This document shows, piece after piece, positions 38,326 to 47,139 of a DNA stretch of 64,000 nt. How positions within the stretch are numbered: position 1 is the stretch's first letter; every line of letters starts with the position of its first letter. The notes under the pieces were generated by a model. The model was not told the origin of the DNA. It was given only the letters and a program-made list of their open reading frames with translations, and did no database searches. The position numbers and the translations under genes were made by a program. This stretch comes from an uncultured Candidatus Saccharibacteria bacterium. Lineage in GTDB: Bacteria > Patescibacteriota > Doudnabacteria > UBA920. The DNA is taken from NCBI GenBank assembly GCA_964453405.1, contig CAYVOF010000001.1, forward strand, positions 1,531 to 65,530, written 5' to 3'.

Positions 38326-40437
38326 ATGAAAGTATTAGTAACCGGTGGAGCAGGATTTATCGGTAGCAACTTTGTTCGCTACTGGTTAAAAAATCACCCT
38401 CACGACACAGTCGTGAATTTTGATGCGCTTACTTATGCCGGAAACTTAGATAGCCTTCATGATTTAACAGTTAATCCCGAAACCAAAGATCGCTATAAAT
38501 TTATTCATGGCGATATTACCGATCCAATCGCAGTGCGCGAAGCAATGCGCGGTGTTGATTTAGTGGCGCACTTTGCGGCAAATTCTCACGTCGATCGCAG
38601 TATTGTTGAGCCGGGAAATTTTGTTAACACTAACGTGATGGGTACACAGGTTTTATTAGAAGAAGCTAAGAACGCAGGCGTGTGGCGTTTTCATCATGTG
38701 TCCACTGACGAAGTTTACGGAACACTGACTGTTGATGGTGATGAACTCTTTACCGAAGACACTAAGTACGCTCCCAACAATCCATACTCTGCTAGCAAGG
38801 CTGGTTCGGACATGGTCGTTCGTTCTTATTACAAGACTTACGATTTTCCTGCAACAATTACCAACACCTCCAACAACTTTGGTGCGTATCAGTTTCCAGA
38901 AAAATTTATCCCGTTGTGTATCACTCGTTTACTAGATGGCAAGAATATTCGGTTACATGGCAAAGGCGATCACATTCGTGATTGGTTGTTCGTCGAAGAT
39001 CATTGCCGTGCGATTGAACAAGTATTGCGCCGTGGCAAACTCGGCGAAGTTTATTTGGTTGCTGGTCGTGCGCAACTTTCTACTTTAGAAGTGGCACAAC
39101 GCATTTGTAAAGTCATGGGTGTAGGTGAAGATCGAATTGAATTCGTTCCTGATCGTCCAAGTAATGACAAAGCTTACAAACTCGACTGGAGCAAAATTAA
39201 TCGCGAACTTGGTTGGGAACCGTTGTTCAGTTTTGATGAATGGCTAGAACAAACTATCAATTGGTATCAAAATAACGAAGCTTGGTGGCGCCCACTAGTT
39301 AAACAGGGCTTTAGCTGGGGCAGTGTTGGTCACAAAGAAGAAGAAACAGAAGGTAAGGCTGTTAGTGTTCAGCAATCTGCTTACGGAAAAGCCAGTGAAG
39401 CTATTTCTAACTCGTCTGATTCACAACCAATTACTTTTTTAGAAAATTCCGGAATTCCAGCTAAACATCATTCAGATCAAAAACAGAAGGTATTAATTTT
39501 TGGTAATGGCCAGATGAGCATGCATTTCCGCAAGCATTACGAAGCACAAGGCGTGGAGGTGGTTATCGCCGCGTTGCCAGAAGTTAATGTTTTGAACGAG
39601 GTTCAAGTTGCAAATACTATTGATCAAGTTAAACCAACAGTGGTCTTTAACTGTACTGGCATGACCAATGTTGATTGGTGTGAAGCTAATCAAGAAGAAG
39701 CCTTAGCGGTTAATGTTCGTGGTGCCGAAAATATTGCTCGTGCTTGCATGCAAAAAAATGTTTACATGGTTCATTTTTCTACCGGCTATGTTCATGACTC
39801 TAAAGATATTACTGACGAACGCACAGAACTTGATCGCCCGAATCCAATTAATTTTTATGCACATACAAAAGCTAAAGCTGATGAGAGCTTAGCGCAGATG
39901 GCCAAGGTTGGGTTGAAGGTTTTGATTGTTCGAACTAATGCTTTGTTATCCGCCGTGCCACATCCAAAAAATGTGTTGGCCAAGATGACAATCTATCAAA
40001 AGTTTCACGATACTTATAGTTCAATGACAATCATTGAGGATCTCGTGGTTGCTACAGCTAAATTAGTTGAACAGCAAAAAACTGGTTTGTACAACGTTGT
40101 AAACCCTGGATTAACTTCACCGCTACGAATTGCCAACATGCTAAAAGAAATTATTAATCCTGACATGCAAATCGAACAACTCAGTAAGGCTGATGTCGAA
40201 AAAATGTATGCCGTGTTGCGACCAGATAGTATTTTATCGATTGCAAAATTGAACCGCGAAGGAATCCAGATGCCAGAAATTAATCAACGCTTACGCGGAA
40301 TAATTACTGTATTGCGTGATAATCTACGAAGCGAATCTGCTAAAGAGATTATGACCTTTACTGCTCAAGAAGATCAAAAGAAAAAAGACCTTAAGCAGGT
40401 TCAAGTAATCAATAACTTATTTAACAAAAACAGTTAA
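38326..40437 (+). CDS. Fusion protein: dTDP-glucose 4,6-dehydratase (RfbB/RmlB) N-terminal half plus dTDP-4-dehydrorhamnose reductase (RfbD/RmlD) C-terminal half
   Basis: Residues 1-330 carry MKVLVTGGAGFIGSN...YAGNL...SKAGSD (YxxxK) SDR motifs of RmlB. Residues about 385-650 carry KVLIFGNGQMSMHF...NCTGMTNVDWCE typical of RmlD. They are joined by a roughly 55-aa polar linker. Confidence 0.75.
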   Translation: MKVLVTGGAGFIGSNFVRYWLKNHPHDTVVNFDALTYAGNLDSLHDLTVNPETKDRYKFIHGDITDPIAVREAMRGVDLVAHFAANSHVDRSIVEPGNFVNTNVMGTQVLLEEAKNAGVWRFHHVSTDEVYGTLTVDGDELFTEDTKYAPNNPYSASKAGSDMVVRSYYKTYDFPATITNTSNNFGAYQFPEKFIPLCITRLLDGKNIRLHGKGDHIRDWLFVEDHCRAIEQVLRRGKLGEVYLVAGRAQLSTLEVAQRICKVMGVGEDRIEFVPDRPSNDKAYKLDWSKINRELGWEPLFSFDEWLEQTINWYQNNEAWWRPLVKQGFSWGSVGHKEEETEGKAVSVQQSAYGKASEAISNSSDSQPITFLENSGIPAKHHSDQKQKVLIFGNGQMSMHFRKHYEAQGVEVVIAALPEVNVLNEVQVANTIDQVKPTVVFNCTGMTNVDWCEANQEEALAVNVRGAENIARACMQKNVYMVHFSTGYVHDSKDITDERTELDRPNPINFYAHTKAKADESLAQMAKVGLKVLIVRTNALLSAVPHPKNVLAKMTIYQKFHDTYSSMTIIEDLVVATAKLVEQQKTGLYNVVNPGLTSPLRIANMLKEIINPDMQIEQLSKADVEKMYAVLRPDSILSIAKLNREGIQMPEINQRLRGIITVLRDNLRSESAKEIMTFTAQEDQKKKDLKQVQVINNLFNKNS

Positions 40438-41456
40438 TGGATAACGCGCCCAAAGTATCAATTAATATTTTAGGAACAAACGAAAAACATTTGCTAGAGC
40501 GAGCTATCTCTAGCATTTTTAAACAAGATTATCCAAATTACGAAGTACTATATATAGACAACGCTTCTTCGGATGGCTCAGAAGAATTTGTACGCCAGCG
40601 ATTTCCGCAAGTAAAAATTTTACAGACTGGTGAGAATCGCCATTATGGCCCAGCGCATAATAAAGGTTTTAAGGCAACAGATAGTGAGTTGATTTTGATT
40701 TTAAATGCCGATTTAGAATTGGCGGATAATTATTTATCCGAAGCTGTGGCAGCAATGATGCGCGATCCAAAAATTGCCGGAGTGAGTGGTAAAACTTTAC
40801 GACCAAAAAAGAATCCCAATGATCCAAACGAGCCGCAATTAATCGATAGCACAGGTTTAACTATTGATCGTATGCGTATTGTGCGCGATCGTGGTCAGTG
40901 GGAAGTGGATAAGGGTCAGTATGATACACCTGGAGAAGTGTTTGCGTTATGTGGTTCCAATCCTGTTTACCGCCGCGCCGCGCTTTTAGACGTTGCCATT
41001 GATGGCGAAATTTTAGACGAAGACATTACCGCGTTCTTTGATGACTCCGACTTAGGCTGGCGATTGCAACATCAAGGTTGGAAAGTTTGGTATCAGCCAA
41101 CTGCGATTTCTTATCACGAACGCGGGGTAGGACAGAGTCCAGGAGGTTATCGCCATTTGTTTGCTCTGGTTAAATATCGTCGTCGTTTTAGCTGGCGTAG
41201 CAAACAGCTCAGCTGGAAGAACAAAATGTACATTGTTATTAAGAATGATTTTGGTAAAACTCTGCGCCGCGATTGGCTGCGCATCGTCGCGCGCGAAATA
41301 GTCACTTTTGGTTTTATTTTAATTTTTGAAACCAAGACTTTAGCTGTTGTCCCAACTATTTTTAAACAGTTGCCAAACATCTGGCGCAAGCGCAAAATTA
41401 TTAAGCAGCGCAGTGTACTAGGCGACAACAATATCGACCGCTTCATTATCAAATAA
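40437..41456 (+). CDS. Family-2 glycosyltransferase (GT-A)
   Basis: SINILGTNEKHLL...YEVLYIDNASSDGS and DxD-like LNADLEL motifs. Start overlaps the preceding stop. Confidence 0.7.
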   Translation: MDNAPKVSINILGTNEKHLLERAISSIFKQDYPNYEVLYIDNASSDGSEEFVRQRFPQVKILQTGENRHYGPAHNKGFKATDSELILILNADLELADNYLSEAVAAMMRDPKIAGVSGKTLRPKKNPNDPNEPQLIDSTGLTIDRMRIVRDRGQWEVDKGQYDTPGEVFALCGSNPVYRRAALLDVAIDGEILDEDITAFFDDSDLGWRLQHQGWKVWYQPTAISYHERGVGQSPGGYRHLFALVKYRRRFSWRSKQLSWKNKMYIVIKNDFGKTLRRDWLRIVAREIVTFGFILIFETKTLAVVPTIFKQLPNIWRKRKIIKQRSVLGDNNIDRFIIK

Positions 41457-41472
41457 TCCGCCAACTATTTTT

Positions 41473-42387
41473 ATGGACATTTCATTTGTAATCACTCCTT
41501 GGAATTGTAAAGATTTACTGCAAGCTACCTTGAAGTCGATTTTTGCGAGCCAGACTAAATTCAGTTACGAAGTCATTGTATACGATCATGGTTCTACTGA
41601 TGGCAGTTTAGAAATGGTAGAAGCTGAGTTCCCACAAGTTGATTTAATCCGCGGTGGTGATGTTGGGTTTGCCGCAGCTAATAATGTCGGACTAAAAAAA
41701 TCCACTGGTCGTTATGCAGTTTTGCTTAACGCCGACACTGAACTCTCTACCGACACAATCGAAACCATGATTACTTTCATGGATGAAAATCCCAAAGTAG
41801 GAATCGCTACAGGGAAAGTTGTTTTAGCAGTTAGTGGTAAACTCGACAAAGCTTGTCGACGAAGTTTTCCAACACCGTGGGTATCGGCGGCTCGTATCAG
41901 TGGCCTTTCAAAAATCTTTCCTAAAAGTAAATTATTCAACCGATACAATTTTGAATACTTAAGTGAAGACGAAGCTTACGAAATTGATAGTTGTGTAGGT
42001 GCCTTCGAAATGATTCGTCGCGAGACAATGGATCAAATTGGTTTACTAGACGAGACCTTTTATATGTACGGCGAAGATATTGATTGGTGCTATCGCGCTA
42101 AGCAAGCTGGTTGGCAGGTCTGGTATTATCCAAAAACTACGATTTTGCATTACAAAGGTTATCTGTCTGGCAAGGCGAGTGGTAAGAAAAAACATAATCC
42201 ACGTCCAACTTGGGAATTTCATCGTGCCATGATCATTTTTTACTACAAGCATTTTTACAAAAAGTACCCTAAGCCTCTATCATGGTTAATTCTACTAACT
42301 ATTTGGGCAAGATATTTATTGGTTGCGCGCTTCAAAATTTACCCATCTGCTTCATTTTCTGGAGCACCAAATCCATATTTAAAATAA
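41473..42387 (+). CDS. Family-2 glycosyltransferase (rhamnosyltransferase-like)
   Basis: ISFVITPWNCKD...YEVIVYDHGSTDGS and LNADTEL motifs. Confidence 0.7.
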   Translation: MDISFVITPWNCKDLLQATLKSIFASQTKFSYEVIVYDHGSTDGSLEMVEAEFPQVDLIRGGDVGFAAANNVGLKKSTGRYAVLLNADTELSTDTIETMITFMDENPKVGIATGKVVLAVSGKLDKACRRSFPTPWVSAARISGLSKIFPKSKLFNRYNFEYLSEDEAYEIDSCVGAFEMIRRETMDQIGLLDETFYMYGEDIDWCYRAKQAGWQVWYYPKTTILHYKGYLSGKASGKKKHNPRPTWEFHRAMIIFYYKHFYKKYPKPLSWLILLTIWARYLLVARFKIYPSASFSGAPNPYLK

Positions 42388-42456
42388 ATGCGTGTTGACT
42401 AAATTAGCATTTTTAGATATAATGTGGTTTAATTGATATAGAACTAACCAATTTTT

Positions 42457-43980
42457 ATGCCACCTACAGTTAACGACGACGATAAAAAATTCCCTAATGC
42501 CACCGAAGGTATCGCTGGCTTGTTAAACATTACTGCGCACGGTAACACAGGTCCACGGCCAGTTGACCAAGAGACATCTGAAGAGACATCTGAAGAATCA
42601 GCTGAGTCAACCTCTATGTTCGCAGAAAAATCAGTTGCACCACCAAGCAATTTGCCATTTGCAGATCAATCCGAGGATGAACATATGGACGAACTTGTAG
42701 GTGAACCAGTTGCTCAACCAACAAATGAGCCTAAGGATATAGCCAGCATGTTAAGTAGTCAACCAGTAAAGACACCAGAAGGAAAAATTGAAACGGTTGC
42801 CCAGGATCCTCCAGTTGGTACTAACTTAGAATCTACAAAAATAGTTAACCGCGGTTTTAATGTCATAAAAAAAATCCTACCTTACGTAGTAATTTTTGCC
42901 ATTGCTATAGGTTTGTATTTTTTCTATTTTAATGACTTTAGCTTTACGAGCTTATTTAATTCCCAGACTCTTAAACTAGAAAGTATAACCAGTTCTAATA
43001 CTAATAAAGAATATGAACAGCTTAAAAAAGATGCTGCGGCGGATTACGCTGTTTGGCTTAATCAATTTTTTACTGATGTTAATGACGATAGTATTTCGAG
43101 CATGGACGCCGATGTATCTGGTAATGGTTTAACTAACTTTGAAAAATATTTACTCAACTTAAATCCGAAAGTTTATTCTACTCGTGGCGGAACAGGGGAT
43201 GGTCAGTCCGTACTAGATGGTGTTAATCCTTGGACAGGCAAAACTTTTACAGATAAACAAAAACAACTAGTAGAAAAATATCTAAACCCAGAACTAATTA
43301 GCAACCGAATTACTGCAGCGGCAATTACTCGAGGCGTAACTAAATATGCACAATATGTAAATCCAGACTCCCCTTACTACATTGATCCAGCAACTCTTCA
43401 ACAGGCTGGTAGTAGCACTCAAGCCGTAGTTACTCCTACTCAGATTTCTACCACAACTCCGGCGAATATTCCAACCAACCAACAACCAAGTAATACTGTT
43501 AGTAATTTGCGACCAGACGAATCTATTGATCAAAGTAAACCGGCAATGTTAGACATTCCCGCGAATAAAATTTCTGTACCGTTAACATGGACTCAGGACG
43601 TCAAAGATTTTGAAGTAGATTTAAAGAAGGGTGTAGTGCATTATCCAGGCACGGCAATGCTAGGTGAAGTTGGTACGAGTTATATTTCTGGACATTCAAG
43701 TGGTTACGCATGGGACAAGAGCCCTTATAAACAAATTTTCGCTGGCTTAGGCGGCGTTAAAGATGGAACTTCATTTTCTATCACTGCAACTCAAAAGAAC
43801 GGTAAGACTGTGAAGTATAATTATATTGTTGATCATCGAGGTGAATTTGCCGCTAATGACCAGGCTCAATTCTTAAGCACCTCTGACTCTGTAGTAGCTT
43901 TATCGACTTGCTGGCCTGTTGGGACTACGGCGCGTCGATTAGTTCTTTTTGGTAAACTAACTCAAACTGAAAGAAGCTAA
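42457..43980 (+). CDS. Sortase-like transpeptidase with a long acidic/ST-rich N-terminal region and one TM helix
   Basis: The C-terminal about 200 aa carry a His (YISGHSSGY), the TLxTC-like active-site motif VALSTCWP, and a downstream Arg (TTARRLVLF). Confidence 0.5.
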   Translation: MPPTVNDDDKKFPNATEGIAGLLNITAHGNTGPRPVDQETSEETSEESAESTSMFAEKSVAPPSNLPFADQSEDEHMDELVGEPVAQPTNEPKDIASMLSSQPVKTPEGKIETVAQDPPVGTNLESTKIVNRGFNVIKKILPYVVIFAIAIGLYFFYFNDFSFTSLFNSQTLKLESITSSNTNKEYEQLKKDAAADYAVWLNQFFTDVNDDSISSMDADVSGNGLTNFEKYLLNLNPKVYSTRGGTGDGQSVLDGVNPWTGKTFTDKQKQLVEKYLNPELISNRITAAAITRGVTKYAQYVNPDSPYYIDPATLQQAGSSTQAVVTPTQISTTTPANIPTNQQPSNTVSNLRPDESIDQSKPAMLDIPANKISVPLTWTQDVKDFEVDLKKGVVHYPGTAMLGEVGTSYISGHSSGYAWDKSPYKQIFAGLGGVKDGTSFSITATQKNGKTVKYNYIVDHRGEFAANDQAQFLSTSDSVVALSTCWPVGTTARRLVLFGKLTQTERS

Positions 43981-43985
43981 AATTT

Positions 43986-44100
43986 AAAAAAAAGACAGTA
44001 TATTATTTTCTTTCGACTTACATGTCTACGTCGCCTTCACTGCTTCCGCAGTGGGCGACTGTGACCTGATAGTCTCTAGAAAAACAATATGCTGTCTTTT
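43986..44100 (+). ncRNA. Second nested-palindrome structured element (candidate small RNA or complex terminator)
   Basis: Outer 15-nt inverted repeat AAAAGACAGTATATT / AATATGCTGTCTTTT encloses about 80 nt. The enclosed sequence contains the hairpin GTCGCC-tt-CACTGC-ttcc-GCAGTG-g-GGCGAC. Confidence 0.4.
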
Positions 44101-44159
44101 TGATATTAAACTTCTTTTATTTATGCCAATTTTTCAATAACGGCGTTTTGGCTTTAGCC

Positions 44160-44188
44160 TTGACAAAATGGCTATTTTGTGCTAATAT
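44160..44188 (+). promoter_or_regulatory. Promoter (TTGACA-17-TGcTAATAT) driving a roughly 200-nt leader upstream of the secreted cassette
   Basis: Consensus -35 and extended -10. The next start codon is at 44400. Confidence 0.5.
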
Positions 44189-44399
44189 ATAACTTCGGGT
44201 CAATAGTATTGATTTAATGATAAATAGTAGTTATTATTGAGTGTTAGATAGGTTTCTGCTCGTTTCCCCTGGTATTTTACTACAGTCAGGCAGGAAATGA
44301 GCGAAAACATGTCTGGCACCGCGTCAAACAGTTGTAATACTAACGCTGTACGCGCGTTACAATAGACATAGATCTTTAAAAAATTCCTAGGGAGGGAAT

Positions 44400-45086
44400 A
44401 TGAAAAAAATTGCTATTATTGTGTTATTTGTTGTTGCTTTTTGTTTTGTTTCGCCGAGTTCATCGTATTCCCAGGGTAAAGATCGTTTGAAGATCGAAGT
44501 CCGGGGATTTGATAACAACGTTCAAACACAGCTAATGGTTTCCAAGTTCATGGCCGACAACGCCGACTGGGCAATCGTAGTTGATGCCAATCCAAAATGG
44601 ATCATGAGAGTTACTCAACAATCTGGATATGGTCAAACTTGGACACAGGTTGACCAAAAAGCTCAAACCAGGAACAACATGGTTCGTTCGGGAAACCAAA
44701 CGATTCGCAGCGTTACGAGAAATAGTCCATTTGATAGCTGGTGGGGACGAACGATCAAACAGACTATCCGTCAAGCTGGTCAAAGTCAATTGCAACGCTT
44801 CGCTAAACCGGAGCGGTATCAATACCGAAAGGAGCAGTCGAGTGTAACGGTCGAAGTAATCGATCCGATCACTCGTGAAGTTGCTTCTAAGGCAATCGGC
44901 ATCACAACAATTACCGTCAAAACTTTGCGTATGTCCGGCTATGAACCGCAAACGTATTTAGTTGAAGGTGATCTTTCGTCGGTTGGTATCGAGGCGGGTG
45001 CAAACCTGTTCGGAACCTACCGACAGCTCTTGCAGTTGTCAGCGTTTATGAACGCACAACGGCCGGAAAACCATATCATACAATAG
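44400..45086 (+). CDS. Secreted protein of unknown function (228 aa)
   Basis: Strong GGGAGGG RBS and a signal peptide (MKKIAIIVLFVVAFCFVSPSSS). Composition is GC-richer than the surrounding sequence. Resemblance to CsgG-like lipoproteins is only very weak and unverified. Confidence 0.45.
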   Translation: MKKIAIIVLFVVAFCFVSPSSSYSQGKDRLKIEVRGFDNNVQTQLMVSKFMADNADWAIVVDANPKWIMRVTQQSGYGQTWTQVDQKAQTRNNMVRSGNQTIRSVTRNSPFDSWWGRTIKQTIRQAGQSQLQRFAKPERYQYRKEQSSVTVEVIDPITREVASKAIGITTITVKTLRMSGYEPQTYLVEGDLSSVGIEAGANLFGTYRQLLQLSAFMNAQRPENHIIQ

Positions 45087-45096
45087 GAGTACTGGA

Positions 45097-46188
45097 ATGA
45101 AAATATTTGCAAGTATGTTGGTGATTATGGCGGTGGTGTTTAGTACGCTGCTGCCTCCGTCAGTCTCTGCTGTGACTCCGTTCACACCACAGACGAGTTC
45201 TATTTTATCGGATCAGGTTTTTACACCTGAGCCGATGGGTCCATTTGTCGCTCTTGCGGCAGGCAATTCATCCTACTATAGAAATGATCAAGTTATCTTT
45301 CAGGGTAGTGTTGTACGATTGAGTTCGGTTGATCTTCACATCGGTGCAGATCCAGAAATACCAGGCGGCGATCAATCGGCGCCTGCGAGTGATGAAGTCG
45401 ATACTTATTTGACTGAGCCGATCATCGTTATTACTCGGGCTCGTAGCAGGAGGTTTATACTCGGTACAGTTAATCCGGTAATCAACGGCGTTAAAGTCGT
45501 TGTGCGGCGGATTAAGGCTACAGGTAAAATTATCGAAATCCTTAATTGTGGTAACTGGACCAGAGCACTCAACAGTGATTACACTTTTGAGTGTGATACT
45601 ACGGTAGGGCCTTGCGTTCCTGGAGCGATGGAGATCAAAACAACCGAAGAAGTTTCGCCTGACGGCAAAACCAAAACAGTTGTTACTGTGTCTAGTGATG
45701 GTTGTACGACCAAGGTTGATACTAGGGTTGTGACAACTGAAATCAAAGAGGTTTGTACTGAAAATTCTTGGCTCGATGTATTTGAGCATGGTGATGTGAA
45801 CGGTAAACTTGGAAAATCTTTTAAGGCCGACGAGGTTATCGGACAACTGCCGCAAGAAATTCAAGACAACATCCATAAATCTCTGGGAGGTAAGAATAAG
45901 ATCAATTATATCTTCGTTCAGAGAGGTGCGTGCGAGAGCCAAGCGAGCTTGATTAGAGTTCGTTGGTTCCGCAAAGATGGAGGTCTCTCAAAATGGGTTT
46001 ACTTCTTGGTTGGAATGGGTGTCGGGGTCGGCCTTGGTTACATTATAAGAGGGTCCCCTGACAATCCGGTTTTCCAAGCGGCAAAGGCCGTCACTAAGGG
46101 AAAGAGTGAACCGATTCGAAAAACTATTACAGGGTCTGGTGTCACTAAAGGTGTGGTCGGATCGCGGCCCATAAGCCCGACAAGGTAA
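45097..46188 (+). CDS. Secreted cysteine-rich protein with a C-terminal TM anchor and basic tail (363 aa), unknown function
   Basis: Signal peptide, about 8 Cys in the ectodomain, TM helix WVYFLVGMGVGVGLGYII, then a Lys/Arg-rich cytoplasmic tail. RBS AGGAG. Confidence 0.45.
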   Translation: MKIFASMLVIMAVVFSTLLPPSVSAVTPFTPQTSSILSDQVFTPEPMGPFVALAAGNSSYYRNDQVIFQGSVVRLSSVDLHIGADPEIPGGDQSAPASDEVDTYLTEPIIVITRARSRRFILGTVNPVINGVKVVVRRIKATGKIIEILNCGNWTRALNSDYTFECDTTVGPCVPGAMEIKTTEEVSPDGKTKTVVTVSSDGCTTKVDTRVVTTEIKEVCTENSWLDVFEHGDVNGKLGKSFKADEVIGQLPQEIQDNIHKSLGGKNKINYIFVQRGACESQASLIRVRWFRKDGGLSKWVYFLVGMGVGVGLGYIIRGSPDNPVFQAAKAVTKGKSEPIRKTITGSGVTKGVVGSRPISPTR

Positions 46189-46220
46189 TAGCATAATTAG
46201 CACTTTAATTAGCGTAATAC

Positions 46221-46255
46221 ACGGCTTCGAACATTTGTTTGAAGCCGTTTTTTTA
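46221..46255 (+). terminator. Rho-independent terminator after the secreted cassette
   Basis: ACGGCTTC...GAAGCCGT long hairpin followed by TTTTTTT. Confidence 0.6.
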
Positions 46256-46355
46256 TATCCAAAATTTGGTACAATTTGCCCGTTCAAAATGCTATAATGT
46301 AGGTAATAAATAAATAGGCTAAATAAGCCTAACTTTTTGAAATTAATCTATATAT

Positions 46356-47081
46356 ATGAATAAATTGTCCGTGGTGATTCCCGCTTATAATGAAGAAAAG
46401 CGTATTACCGAAACCTTGCAAAATATTGATGGCTATCTCGAAAAGCAGCCTTATGATTACGAAATTATTGTTGTAGTGAACAACACCAAAGATAAGACTT
46501 TTGAAGTCGTTCAGAATCTCGAAAAAACTACTGTGCAAAAAGCTGTGGCTATGAATTTAGTAGAGGGCGGCAAGGGTAACGCGGTGCGTCGTGGGATTTT
46601 AGAAAAAGCGACCGGCGACATTGTGATGTTTATGGATGCCGACAATGCTACACCGATTTCGGAAATAGAAAAGTTCTTGCCATTCTTTGAACAAGGGTAC
46701 GATGTGGTAGTTGGTTCTCGCTACACTAACCCTGATTTGGTTAAAGTGCACCAGCCTTTTTACAGAATCATTTTATCGCGTATGAGCAACTTGTTGATTC
46801 AATTTTTAGCCGTTCCAGGAATTAAAGACACTCAACTTGGTTTTAAAGCTTTTACTGCTTCAGCTGCAAAAGATATTTTCCCAAAAGTAAAAATTTTACG
46901 CTGGGGCTTTGACATGGAAGTTTTGACTCTTGCCTTGGCGCATGGTTTTAAAATTAAAGAAGTGGGTGTGTCTTGGACCGAACATGGTGGCGGTCACGTT
47001 CCTCTCAAGGCTTACTTAGAATCATTGATCGATTTGTTTAAGATCAAATTCCGCTCCATTGCTGGGCAGTATAAGAAGTAG
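46356..47081 (+). CDS. Polyprenyl-phosphate glycosyltransferase (DPM1/GtrB-like GT2)
   Basis: LSVVIPAYNEEKRI...YEIIVVVNNTKDKT...FMDADNATP motifs of Dpm1-like soluble GT2 enzymes. Confidence 0.75.
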   Translation: MNKLSVVIPAYNEEKRITETLQNIDGYLEKQPYDYEIIVVVNNTKDKTFEVVQNLEKTTVQKAVAMNLVEGGKGNAVRRGILEKATGDIVMFMDADNATPISEIEKFLPFFEQGYDVVVGSRYTNPDLVKVHQPFYRIILSRMSNLLIQFLAVPGIKDTQLGFKAFTASAAKDIFPKVKILRWGFDMEVLTLALAHGFKIKEVGVSWTEHGGGHVPLKAYLESLIDLFKIKFRSIAGQYKK

Positions 47082-47139
47082 TCAATTATTTGAAACTTTT
47101 CCTCAGTTTAAGCGTCTAAGTTAATGACAACTAACTCCA

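Noticed and set aside
44400-45086. Assignment of the first secreted cassette protein as a CsgG-like curli transport lipoprotein
   Set aside because: Only a faint local resemblance (an AG-x-F-x-Y-x-LL segment) was seen. There is no convincing lipobox, and an outer-membrane curli system is implausible in an apparently monoderm organism. It is kept as an unknown.
45268-45942. 224-aa minus-strand ORF fully inside the 45097-46188 secreted-protein gene
   Set aside because: No RBS and it has low-complexity, odd composition. It stays open because the region is GC-richer, so it is a shadow ORF of the plus-strand gene.
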